Assembly: GCA_040954595.2 (NCBI GenBank)
Contig: CM082585.2
Span: 9,102,564 to 9,166,563 of the forward strand
Source of the DNA: Balanoglossus misakiensis
Taxonomy: Eukaryota; Animalia; Hemichordata
DNA length: 64,000 bases
Direction: 5' to 3'
Shown: piece after piece, positions 15,001 through 27,317 of the stretch
Layout: every line of letters begins with the position of its first letter
Position numbering within the stretch: position 1 is the stretch's first letter
Position numbers and translations under genes: made by a program
The notes under the pieces: model-generated
The model's database searches: none
What the model was told of the DNA's origin: nothing
What the model saw: the letters and a program-made list of their open reading frames with translations, nothing else

Positions 15001-18000
15001 CATTTTTTGAAAAAACCATGGGTTATAGCTCAGGAAAATGTTGAAAAATCGACGATTTTTGGACTTTGCGAATTTTCAAAATTTGGTCATTTTTTGAAAA
15101 AACCATGGGTTATAGCTCAGGAAAATGTTGAAAAATCGACGATTTTTCGACTTTGCGAATTTTCAAAATTTGGTCATTTTTTGAAAAAACCATGGGTTAT
15201 AGCTCAGGAAAATGTTGAAAAATCGACGATTTTTCGACTTTGCGAATTTTCAAAATTTGGTCATTTTTTGAAAAAACCATGGGTTATAGCTCAGGAAAAT
15301 GTTGAAAAATCGACGATTTTTCGACTTTGCGAATTTTCAAAATTTGGTCATTTTTTGAAAAAACCATGGGTTATAGCTCAGGAAAATGTTGAAAAATCGA
15401 CGATTTTTCGACTTTGCGAATTTTCAAAATTTGGTCATTTTTTGAAAAAACCATGGGTTATAGCTCAGGAAAATGTTGAAAAATCGACGATTTTTGGACT
15501 TTGCGAATTTTCAAAATTTGGTCATTTTTTGAAAAAACCATGGGTTATAGCTCAGGAAAATGTTGAAAAATCGACGATTTTTCGACTTTGCGAATTTTCA
15601 AAATTTGGTCATTTTTTGAAAAAACCATGGGTTATAGCTCAGGAAAATGTTGAAAAATCGACGTTTTTTCGACTTTGCGAATTTTCAAAATTTGGTCATT
15701 TTTTGAAAAAACCATGGGTTATAGCTCAGGAAAATGTTGAAAAATCGACGATTTTTCGACTTTGCGAATTTTCAAAATTTGGTCATTTTTTGAAAAAACC
15801 ATGGGTTATAGCTCAGGAAAATGTTGAAAAATCGACGATTTTTGGACTTTGCGAATTTTCAAAATTTGGTCATTTTTTGAAAAAACCATGGGTTATAGCT
15901 CAGGAAAATGTTGAAAAATCGACGATTTTTCGACTTTGCGAATTTTCAAAATTTGGTCATTTTTTGAAAAAACCATGGGTTATAGCTCAGGAAAATGTTG
16001 AAAAATCGACGATTTTTCGACTTTGCGAATTTTCAAAATTTGGTCATTTTTTGAAAAAACCATGGGTTATAGCTCAGGAAAATGTTAAAAAATCGACGAT
16101 TTTTCGACTTTGCGAATTTTCAAAATTTGGTCATTTATTGAAAAAACCATGGGTTATAGCTTAGGAAAATGTTGAAAAATCGACGATTTTTGGACTTTGC
16201 GAATTTTCAAAATTTGGTCATATTTTGAAAAAACCATGGGTTATAGCTCAGGAAAATGTTGAAAAATCGACGATTTTTGGACTTTGCGAATTTTCAAAAT
16301 TTGGTCATTTTTTGAAAAAACCATGGGTTATAGCTCAGGAAAATGTTGAAAAATCGACGATTTTTGGACTTTGCGAATTTTCAAAATTTGGTCATTTTTT
16401 GAAAAAACCATGGGTTATAGCTCAGGAAAATGTTGAAAAATCGACGATTTTTCGACTTTGCGAATTTTCAAAATTTGGTCATTTTTTAAAAAAACCATGG
16501 GTTATAGCTCAGGAAAATGTTGAAAAATCGACGATTTTTCGGCTTTGCGAATTTTCAAAATTTGGTCATTTTTTGAAAAAACCATGGGTTATAGCTCAGG
16601 AAAATGTTGAAAAATCGACGATTTTTCGACTTTGCGAATTTTCAAAATTTGGTCATTTTTTGAAAAAACCATGGGTTATAGCTCAGGAAAATGTTGAAAA
16701 ATCGACGATTTTTCGACTTTGCGAATTTTCAAAATTTGGTCATTTTTTGAAAAAACCATGGGTTATAGCTCAGGAAAATGTTGAAAAATCGACGTTTTTT
16801 CGACTTTGCGAATTTTCAAAATTTGGTCATTTTTGAAAAAACCATGGGTTATAGCTCAGGAAAATGTTGAAAAATCGACGATTTTTCGACTTTGCGAATT
16901 TTCAAAATTTGGTCATTTTTTGAAAAAACCATGGGTTATATAGCTCAGGAAAATGTTGAAAAATCGACGATTTTTCGACTTTGCGAATTTTCAAAATTTG
17001 GTCATTTTTTGAAAAAACCATGGGTTATAGCTCAGGAAAATGTTGAAAAATCGACGATTTTTCGACTTTGCGAATTTTCAAAATTTGGTCATTTTTTGAA
17101 AAAACCATGGGTTATAGCTCAGGAAAATGTTGAAAAATCGACGATTTTTCGACTTTGCGAATTTTCAAAATTTGGTCATTTTTTGAAAAAACCATGGGTT
17201 ATAGCTCAGGAAAATGTTGAAAAATCGACGATTTTTCGACTTTGCGAATTTTCAAAATTTGGTCATTTATTGAAAAAACCATGGGTTATAGCTCAGGAAA
17301 ATGTTGAAAAATCGACGATTTTTCGACTTTGCGAATTTTCAAAATTTGGTCATTTATTGAAAAAACCATGGGTTATAGCTCAGGAAAATGTTGAAAAATC
17401 GACGATTTTTGGACTTTGCGAATTTTCAAAATTTGGTCATTTTTTGAAAAAACCATGGGTTATAGCTCAGGAAAATGTTGAAAAATCGACGATTTTTGGA
17501 CTTTGCGAATTTTCAAAATTTGGTCATTTTTTGAAAAAACCATGGGTTATAGCTCAGGAAAATGTTGAAAAATCGACGATTTTTGGACTTTGCGAATTTT
17601 CAAAATTTGGTCATTTTTTGAAAAAACCATGGGTTATAGCTCAGGAAAATGTTGAAAAATCGACGATTTTTGGACTTTGCGAATTTTCAAAATTTGGTCA
17701 TTTTTTAAAAAAACCATGGGTTATAGCTCAGGAAAATGTTGAAAAATCGACGATTTTTCGACTTTGCGAATTTTCAAAATTTGGTCATTTTTTGAAAAAA
17801 CCATGGGTTATAGCTCAGGAAAATGTTGAAAAATCGACGATTTTTCGACTTTGCGAATTTTCAAAATTTGGTCATTTTTTGAAAAAACCATGGGTTATAG
17901 CTCAGGAAAATGTTGAAAAATCGACGATTTTTGGACTTTGCGAATTTTCAAAATTTGGTCATTTTTTGAAAAAACCATGGGTTATAGCTCAGGAAAATGT

Positions 18001-21000
18001 TGAAAAATCGACGATTTTTCGACTTTGCGAATTTTCAAAATTTGGTCATTTTTTGAAAAAACCATGGGTTATAGCTCAGGAAAATGTTGAAAAATCGACG
18101 ATTTTTGGACTTTGCGAATTTTCAAAATTTGGTCATTTTTTGAAAAAACCATGGGTTATAGCTCAGGAAAATGTTGAAAAATCGACGATTTTTCGACTTT
18201 GCGAATTTTCAAAATTTGGTCATTTTTTGAAAAAACCATGGGTTATAGCTCAGGAAAATGTTGAAAAATCGACGTTTTTCGACTTTGCGAATTTTCAAAA
18301 TTTGGTCATTTTTTGAAAAAACCATGGGTTATAGCTCAGGAAAATGTTGAAAAATCGACGATTTTTCGACTTTGCGAATTTTCAAAATTTGGTCATTTTT
18401 TGAAAAAACCATGGGTTATATAGCTCAGGAAAATGTTGAAAAATCGACGATTTTTCGACTTTGCGAATTTTCAAAATTTGGTCATTTTTTGAAAAAACCA
18501 TGGGTTATAGCTCAGGAAAATGTTGAAAAATCGACGATTTTTCGACTTTGCGAATTTTCAAAATTTGGTCATTTTTTGAAAAAACCATGGGTTATAGCTC
18601 AGGAAAATGTTGAAAAATCGACGATTTTTCGACTTTGCGAATTTTCAAAATTTGGTCATTTTTTGAAAAAACCATGGGTTATAGCTCAGGAAAATGTTGA
18701 AAAATCGACGATTTTTGGACTTTGCGAATTTTCAAAATTTGGTCATTTTTTGAAAAAACCATGGGTTATAGCTCAGGAAAATGTTGAAAAATCGACGATT
18801 TTTGGACTTTGCGAATTTTCAAAATTTGGTCATTTTTTGAAAAAACCATGGGTTATAGCTCAGGAAAATGTTGAAAAATCGACGATTTTTCGACTTTGCG
18901 AATTTTCAAAATTTGGTCATTTTTTGAAAAAACCATGGGTTATAGCTCAGGAAAATGTTGAAAAATCGACGATTTTTCGACTTTGCGAATTTTCAAAATT
19001 TGGTCATTTTTTGAAAAAACCATGGGTTATAGCTCAGGAAAATGTTGAAAAATCGACGATTTTTCGACTTTGCGAATTTTCAAAATTTGGTCATTTTTTG
19101 AAAAAACCATGGGTTATAGCTCAGGAAAATGTTGAAAAATCGACGATTTTTCGACTTTGCGAATTTTCAAAATTTGGTCATTTTTTGAAAAAACCATGGG
19201 TTATAGCTCAGGAAAATGTTGAAAAATCGACGATTTTTGGACTTTGCGAATTTTCAAAATTTGGTCATTTTTTGAAAAAACCATGGGTTATAGCTCAGGA
19301 AAATGTTGAAAAATCGACGATTTTTCGACTTTGCGAATTTTCAAAATTTGGTCATTTTTTGAAAAAACCATGGGTTATAGCTCAGGAAAATGTTGAAAAA
19401 TCGACGTTTTTTCGACTTTGCGAATTTTCAAAATTTGGTCATTTTTTGAAAAAACCATGGGTTATAGCTCAGGAAAATGTTGAAAAATCGACGATTTTTC
19501 GACTTTGCGAATTTTCAAAATTTGGTCATTTTTTGAAAAAACCATGGGTTATAGCTCAGGAAAATGTTGAAAAATCGACGATTTTTGGACTTTGCGAATT
19601 TTCAAAATTTGGTCATTTTTTGAAAAAACCATGGGTTATAGCTCAGGAAAATGTTGAAAAATCGACGATTTTTCGACTTTGCGAATTTTCAAAATTTGGT
19701 CATTTTTTGAAAAAACCATGGGTTATAGCTCAGGAAAATGTTGAAAAATCGACGATTTTTCGACTTTGCGAATTTTCAAAATTTGGTCATTTTTTGAAAA
19801 AACCATGGGTTATAGCTCAGGAAAATGTTAAAAAATCGACGATTTTTCGACTTTGCGAATTTTCAAAATTTGGTCATTTATTGAAAAAACCATGGGTTAT
19901 AGCTCAGGAAAATGTTGAAAAATCGACGATTTTTGGACTTTGCGAATTTTCAAAATTTGGTCATTTTTTGAAAAAACCATGGGTTATAGCTCAGGAAAAT
20001 GTTGAAAAATCGACGATTTTTGGACTTTGCGAATTTTCAAAATTTGGTCATTTTTTGAAAAAACCATGGGTTATAGCTCAGGAAAATGTTGAAAAATCGA
20101 CGATTTTTGGACTTTGCGAATTTTCAAAATTTGGTCATTTTTTGAAAAAACCATGGGTTATAGCTCAGGAAAATGTTGAAAAATCGACGATTTTTCGACT
20201 TTGCGAATTTTCAAAATTTGGTCATTTTTTAAAAAAAACCATGGGTTATAGCTCAGGAAAATGTTGAAAAATCGACGATTTTTCGACTTTGCGAATTTTC
20301 AAAATTTGGTCATTTTTTGAAAAAACCATGGGTTATAGCTCAGGAAAATGTTGAAAAATCGACGATTTTTCGACTTTGCGAATTTTCAAAATTTGGTCAT
20401 TTTTTGAAAAAACCATGGGTTATAGCTCAGGAAAATGTTGAAAAATCGACGATTTTTCGACTTTGCGAATTTTCAAAATTTGGTCATTTTTTGAAAAAAC
20501 CATGGGTTATAGCTCAGGAAAATGTTGAAAAATCGACGATTTTTGGACTTTGCGAATTTTCAAAATTTGGTCATTTTTTGAAAAAACCATGGGTTATAGC
20601 TCAGGAAAATGTTGAAAAATCGACGATTTTTGGACTTTGCGAATTTTCAAAATTTGGTCATTTTTTGAAAAAACCATGGGTTATAGCTCAGGAAAATGTT
20701 GAAAAATCGACGATTTTTGGACTTTGCGAATTTTCAAAATTTGGTCATTTTTTGAAAAAACCATGGGTTATAGCTCAGGAAAATGTTGAAAAATCGACGA
20801 TTTTTCGACTTTGCGAATTTTCAAAATTTGGTCATTTTTTGAAAAAACCATGGGTTATAGCTCAGGAAAATGTTGAAAAATCGACGACTTTTGGACTTTG
20901 CGAATTTTCAAAATTTGGTCATTTTTTGAAAAAAACATGGGTTATAGCTCAGGAAAATGTTGAAAAATCGACGATTTTTCGACTTTGCGAATTTTCAAAA

Positions 21001-24000
21001 TTTGGTCATTTTTTGAAAAAACCATGGGTTATAGCTCAGGAAAATGTTGAAAAATCGACGATTTTTCGACTTTGCGAATTTTCAAAATTTGGTCATTTTT
21101 TGAAAAAACCATGGGTTGTAGCTCAGGAAAATGTTGAAAAATCGACGATTTTTGGACTTTGCGAATTTTCAAAATTTGGTCATTTTTTGAAAAAACCATG
21201 GGTTATAGCTCAGGAAAATGTTGAAAAATCGACGATTTTTGGACTTTGCGAATTTTCAAAATTTGGTCATTTTTTGAAAAAACCATGGGTTATAGCTCAG
21301 GAAAATGTTGAAAAATCGACGATTTTTCGACTTTGCGAATTTTCAAAATTTGGTCATTTTTTGAAAAAACCATGGGTTATAGCTCAGGAAAATGTTGAAA
21401 AATCGACGATTTTTCGACTTTGCGAATTTTCAAAATTTGGTCATTTTTTGAAAAAACCATGGGTTATAGCTCAGGAAAATGTTGAAAAATCGACGATTTT
21501 TGGACTTTGCGAATTTTCAAAATTTGGTCATTTTTTGAAAAAACCATGGGTTATAGCTCAGGAAAATGTTGAAAAATCGACGATTTTTCGACTTTGCGAA
21601 TTTTCAAAATTTGGTCATTTTTTGAAAAAACCATGGGTTATAGCTCAGGAAAATGTTGAAAAATCGACGATTTTTCGACTTTGCGAATTTTCAAAATTTG
21701 GTCATTTTTTGAAAAAACCATGGGTTATAGCTCAGGAAAATGTTGAAAAATCGACGATTTTTCGACTTTGCGAATTTTCAAAATTTGGTCATTTTTTGAA
21801 AAAACCATGGGTTATAGCTCAGGAAAATGTTGAAAAATCGACGACTTTTGGACTTTGCGAATTTTCAAAATTTGGTCATTTTTTGAAAAAACCATGGGTT
21901 ATAGCTCAGGAAAATGTTGAAAAATCGACGATTTTTCGACTTTGCGAATTTTCAAAATTTGGTCATTTTTTGAAAAAACCATGGGTTATAGCTCAGGAAA
22001 ATGTTGAAAAATCGACGATTTTTCGACTTTGCGAATTTTCAAAATTTGGTCATTTTTTGAAAAAACCATGGGTTATAGCTCAGGAAAATGTTGAAAAATC
22101 GACGATTTTTGGACTTTGCGAATTTTCAAAATTTGGTCATTTTTTGAAAAAACCATGGGTTATAGCTCAGGAAAATGTTGAAAAATCGACGATTTTTGGA
22201 CTTTGCGAATTTTCAAAATTTGGTCATTTTTTGAAAAAACCATGGGTTATAGCTCAGGAAAATGTTGAAAAATCGACGATTTTTGGACTTTGCGAATTTT
22301 CAAAATTTGGTCATTTTTTGAAAAAACCATGGGTTATAGCTCAGGAAAATGTTGAAAAATCGACGATTTTTGGACTTTGCGAATTTTCAAAATTTGGTCA
22401 TTTTTTGAAAAAACCATGGGTTATAGCTCAGGAAAATGTTGAAAAATCGACGATTTTTCGACTTTGCGAATTTTCAAAATTTGGTCATTTTTTGAAAAAA
22501 CCATGGGTTATAGCTCAGGAAAATGTTGAAAAATCGACGATTTTTCGACTTTGCGAATTTTCAAAATTTGGTCATTTTTTGAAAAAACCATGGGTTATAG
22601 CTCAGGAAAATGTTGAAAAATCGACGATTTTTCGACTTTGCGAATTTTCAAAATTTGGTCATTTTTTGAAAAAACCATGGGTTATAGCTCAGGAAAATGT
22701 TGAAAAATCGACGATTTTTCGACTTTGCGAATTTTCAAAATTTGGTCATTTTTTGAAAAAACCATGGGTTATAGCTCAGGAAAATGTTGAAAAATCGACG
22801 ATTTTTCGACTTTGCGAATTTTCAAAATTTGGTCATTTTTTGAAAAAACCATGGGTTATAGCTCAGGAAAATGTTGAAAAATCGACGATTTTTCGACTTT
22901 GCGAATTTTCAAAATTTGGTCATTTTTTGAAAAAACCATGGGTTATAGCTCAGGAAAATGTTGAAAAATCGACGATTTTTCGACTTTGCGAATTTTCAAA
23001 ATTTGGTCATTTTTTGAAAAAACCATGGGTTATAGCTCAGGAAAATGTTGAAAAATCGACGATTTTTCGACTTTGCGAATTTTCAAAATTTGGTCATTTT
23101 TTGAAAAAACCATGGGTTATAGCTCAGGAAAATGTTGAAAAATCGACGATTTTTCGACTTTGCGAATTTTCAAAATTTGGTCATTTTTTGAAAAAACCAT
23201 GGGTTATAGCTCAGGAAAATGTTGAAAAATCGACGATTTTTCGACTTTGCGAATTTTCAAAATTTGGTCATTTTTTGAAAAAAACATGGGTTATAGCTCA
23301 GGAAAATGTTGAAAAATCGACGATTTTTCGACTTTGCGAATTTTCAAAATTTGGTCATTTTTTGAAAAAAACATGGGTTATAGCTCAGGATAATGTTGAA
23401 AAATCGACGATTTTTCGACTTTGCGAATTTTCAAAATTTGGTCATTTTTTTAAAAAAAACATGGGTTATAGCTCAGGAAAATGTTGAAAAATCGACGATT
23501 TTTCGACTTTGCGAATTTTCAAAATTTGGTCATTTTTTGAAAAAACCATGGGTTATAGCTCAGGAAAATGTTGAAAAATCGACGATTTTTCGACTTTGCG
23601 AATTTTCAAAATTTGGTCATTTTTTGAAAAAACCATGGGTTATAGCTCAGGAAAATGTTGAAAAATCGACGATTTTTGGACTTTGCGAATTTTCAAAATT
23701 TGGTCATTTTTTGAAAAAACCATGGGTTATAGCTCAGGAAAATGTTGAAAAATCGACGATTTTTCGACTTTGCGAATTTTCAAAATTTGGTCATTTTTTG
23801 AAAAAACCATGGGTTATAGCTCAGGAAAATGTTGAAAAATCGACGATTTTTCGACTTTGCGAATTTTCAAAATTTGGTCATTTTTTGAAAAAACCATGGG
23901 TTATAGCTCAGGAAAATGTTGAAAAATCGACGATTTTTGGACTTTGCGAATTTTAAAAATTTGGTCATTTTTTGAAAAAACCATGGGTTATAGCTCAGGA

Positions 24001-24200
24001 AAATGTTGAAAAATCGACGATTTTTCGACTTTGCGAATTTTCAAAATTTGGTCATTTTTTGAAAAAACCATGGGTTATAGCTCAGGAAAATGTTGAAAAA
24101 TCGACGATTTTTCGACTTTGCGAATTTTCAAAATTTGGTCATTTTTTGAAAAAACCATGGGTTATAGCTCAGGAAAATGTTGAAAAATCGACGATTTTTC
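1..24200. repeat. 87-bp tandem satellite DNA array (~278 monomers; continues past the left edge)
   Basis: Monomer AAAAATCGACGATTTTTCGACTTTGCGAATTTTCAAAATTTGGTCATTTTTTGAAAAAACCATGGGTTATAGCTCAGGAAAATGTTG repeated head-to-tail. Variation is sparse substitutions (commonest TTTTTCGAC>TTTTTGGAC) and homopolymer indels. The consensus monomer has one CCATGG (NcoI) site. Confidence 0.99.
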
Positions 24201-24415
24201 ATGGGTTGTATCTCATGAAAATTGTGAAAAAATGACAAATTCCCGACTTTGCGAACTTTTGTGATTTTGTCATTTTTGGACATTTTTCATGGGTTATAGC
24301 TCATGAAAATTGTGAAAAAATGACAAATTATCGACTTTGCGAACATTGGTGATTTTGTCATTTTTGGACATTTTTCATGGGTTATAGCTCATGAAAATAG
24401 TGAAAATATGACAAA
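24194..24415. repeat. ~2.5 copies of a diverged 88-bp variant monomer at the satellite edge
   Basis: ATTTTTCATGGGTT recurs at 24194, 24282 and 24370 (period 88). It shares ATGGGTTATAGCTCA, CGACTTTGCGAA and GTCATTTTT with the main monomer but differs elsewhere. Confidence 0.93.
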
Positions 24416-24485
24416 GTCACAACAGTTCGAAGAGTCTATAATTTGTCTTTTATTTTCTACCGCACACATCAAATGACTGTCACAA

Positions 24486-24808
24486 TACATCGAGTAGGAT
24501 AAAGTCTTTATTTCAGTACTTTTCGTGTCCGGCCACGAAGCACAAACATTAGCGATATTTTGTAAGGATAGCTAGTAAATAACATTATATACAACAGTAG
24601 AAATCACTGGAAAAATTACAGACGGTTTCCCTGGTTAAATTTATCAAAGAAGGAGTATTACAAGTGGGAACAAGTATTTCAAAGTTTTATATAAACGGTG
24701 GATTAAAATAATATGTGGCTTTATATTTACTTCTTAGATCTCTATACTTTGAGCAGACAAGTAGGAAATGGAACGCGTTTTCGACAAGATTCAAATTACA
24801 TCGAGTAG
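24486..24808 (-). mobile_element. 5'-truncated non-LTR retrotransposon (LINE) 3' fragment with 12-bp target-site duplication
   Basis: Direct repeat TACATCGAGTAG at 24486-24497 and 24797-24808 flanks ~300 bp. Its minus strand encodes NLNLVENAFHFLLVCSKYRDLRSKY, resembling the C-terminal E-x-x-x-H-x-L-L-x-C motif of LINE ORF2 proteins, and ends in AATAAA next to the left TSD. Confidence 0.8.
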
Positions 24809-26089
24809 TATAGTACACATGCAGCATCATAACGAAAATCTCATTTGCATGCTTTCTTTTATTTTCGGTTTCTGGAGACAATTACCAAAAAATGGTAATG
24901 TCATTGTTGGCAGTAGTTGATCAAACCAGCATGCATAATTCTACTTAACGACGGTTGGCCAAGACGGCCTGACGTCACAGACCGAAGAGGAACTAAACAT
25001 TTGTCTGTCAAACCTTTTTGGGAATATTGATTTTGACTATTTGATAAAAATTTCCCCCCAAATATACAATATTGTAAAAAGTCACCCCTCAATACGAAAT
25101 TTCATAGCTAGTATCAGACGAGTAGTTTCAAAGATGAGTTTTCACCCAAAATGAAAAAAATACACATATAAATTCTGAATAAAAATATGTAAATATCGGG
25201 CACAAAATGAACAACAGAGTATACTATGAAAGTTGTACAAAAGATTGTGTACAAGCTAAACGTTCAAAGCCTTCATATTCGAAGCCGGTGTATTGCACGT
25301 ACATATATACCCCTTGATCTTCGCATACATAACATTGTTACATCCATTGGATCTCACGTAACTGACCTGCAACGAATGACCTTACATTTATTTGTAACCG
25401 CCCATGACAAGGTTTTGACATTCTTGGGAATACGAGTAAAACGACTACATACAATTAATTGCCTCCTTTGTCCAAGACGAAACGGTTCGTGACGTCATTT
25501 AATGGGCATAGCCAAAGTTAATATCCGATAAAAAAATAGTAGATATTCAGAAATCAACGGTACTTCGTTATCTCTCTTGAAAACCAAATGATCACCGCCA
25601 CCAGGCTGGGCTCAGAGATAGAACTGTAGAAATTTCATGAATAGATAAACTCAATCGCTTTCTTCACTGAATTAATTCTATTTCTAATCAAATGACAGAT
25701 TTTTTTCTTTGATAGCACATGCTAAACGAACTGATTGAAAGTTAATTGCAGATTTATCATCATCCGCGTTAATTATAAAATTGGGTTCAAATTAAATTTC
25801 TGCGTGAATACCTACAAAAATCTTCGTAGCCTCTGTTCGAATTCAAGCTTGCTTCGGGAGATCTGTAGAAGACTTCGTTATAAATATATGGAAGAAAAAG
25901 GATAAAGTAATTTATTATCTAGAAGAAGCCAAAATAATTATATGAAAGGGTAATGTAATTCACTCTTTGCAATTTGAAATGGATGCGTCGCGGTTTCAAC
26001 CTTGTTAGTATGCATTGAGCGACGTTTCAATTATACGGGTCGCTAGTTTGTGCGTATGACGTGTGCGTGAAATCGATGCGATGTTTCAC

Positions 26090-26222
26090 GAGCCAATAGA
26101 ATGAGCGGAGGCGCGTCACGTGATACACCTGGGCTCCACCACCCATAAACAGTGCGGTGATGAGCTGTCCGCTTTATAAAGCGATCTGTCCGGATATTAT
26201 CTCGTGATACGGCAATCAGTCG
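26090..26222 (+). promoter_or_regulatory. Putative FAM43 core promoter (CCAAT, E-box, TATA, Inr-like)
   Basis: CCAAT 26093-26097, GTCACGTGA 26115-26123, TATAAA 26175-26180 and TCAGT 26216-26220, at the start of a CpG-rich region ~300 bp upstream of the ATG. TATA-to-Inr spacing is longer than typical. Confidence 0.45.
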
Positions 26223-26489
26223 TCATGCCGCGTATAGATCGGACACGTTGAGAGAGCATGGCCGGAGCGGGCACAGTCTTGTGATACGACGCGCGGACAG
26301 ACTGGGACGCGAGCGTGTTCGACAGGGAGCCGCGGACCGCAGTACGCGAAACACGTCAGCAGTAAGAGGCAGTCGGGTCGACATCGTTGTTTTGGGGGAT
26401 AGCTCGTCACAATAGACGGAACATAGACGCGTTGACAGAGAAAGTGTGCTGGGCTGCGGCTGGTGGAAGGAAGAAAAAAAAACCCAGCC

Positions 26490-27317
26490 ATGATAAACAT
26501 ATTCAAACGCAAGAGGCAGCAACTGACCATCACTGCAGAAGACCCGACCTATGTCGCTCATTACCTTGGCAACGCTCCGACCATACACTCGAAGGGAGAG
26601 GGATGCTGTGACGACCCCGTCGCCAAAATATGGCAGAAGACGAAACAGGGCAAGAACACGAGGAAAGTGAAGATTACAATCACACCCAGGGGGCTCAGGC
26701 TGGACTTTCTGGAAAAGCTGAGCCGAGGGCCGGCCGCGCAGTTTTATTTATTGCATCGAATGTCGTACTGTGTCGCCGATCGGAATAACCAGAAAATATT
26801 CGCCTGGGTCTACCGGCACGAGTTGAAGAGGAAGGCGGTGGAGCTACGGTGCCACGCCGTACTGTGCAATAAATCGGAGAAGGCAAAGGCCATGGCACTC
26901 TGTTTGTACCAAGTGTTTACGATGTCGTTTGTTGACTATAAAAGGGAGCGCAAGGACCGCGAGCGCAGGTCGGACACTGGGCAGCCACAGGACCCCCGCA
27001 AACCTCCCCTGCCGCGGCGACGGATACTGAAGGGCGCCTCGAAGTTCCGCCCGCCGCTGGAGCGCACCAGGAGCGCGCCGAAGCTCGGGGCGATACGGGA
27101 AGACCGACTGCGCGAGGAGGAGGAAGAGGAAGAAGACGAGGAACTGAGGCTAAGGACACGTGACGACTTCGAGATCGACAAAATGGCCGACAGGGTGGCC
27201 AGCATCGGCATAGGCAACGACATCGGGGAGCTGCGACGCGACACAGCCGTCACCGAATTGTTAAACGGAGACACACTCGAAAAGATCGGACATGTTAAAG
27301 TCATCCAAGCGACGTAA
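26490..27317 (+). CDS. FAM43A: FAM43 family PID/PTB-like domain protein, intronless CDS, 275 aa
   Basis: ATG in GCCATGA context at 26490. Motifs ITAEDPTYVAHYLGNA, YLLHRMSYCVAD, FAWVYRHELKRKAVELRCHAVLC and PPLERTRSAPKLGAI plus a poly-Glu tract match vertebrate FAM43A/B as I recall them. Likely co-ortholog of FAM43A and FAM43B. Confidence 0.93.
   Translation: MINIFKRKRQQLTITAEDPTYVAHYLGNAPTIHSKGEGCCDDPVAKIWQKTKQGKNTRKVKITITPRGLRLDFLEKLSRGPAAQFYLLHRMSYCVADRNNQKIFAWVYRHELKRKAVELRCHAVLCNKSEKAKAMALCLYQVFTMSFVDYKRERKDRERRSDTGQPQDPRKPPLPRRRILKGASKFRPPLERTRSAPKLGAIREDRLREEEEEEEDEELRLRTRDDFEIDKMADRVASIGIGNDIGELRRDTAVTELLNGDTLEKIGHVKVIQAT

Noticed and set aside
1-24200. CRISPR-like array of palindromic repeats
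   Set aside because: No unique spacers, no cas genes, eukaryotic context.
226-24235. Long ORFs of a 29-aa repeat (KKPWVIAQENVEKSTIFRLCEFSKFGHFL), up to 1056 aa, suggesting a giant repeat protein
   Set aside because: 87 is divisible by 3 and one frame happens to lack stops. Real disruptions exist (TAA near 7898, 7986 and 23954; TGA near 11798; TAG near 16162; a 2-bp insertion propagated in the duplicated blocks), most starts are non-ATG, and the commonest variants are non-synonymous.
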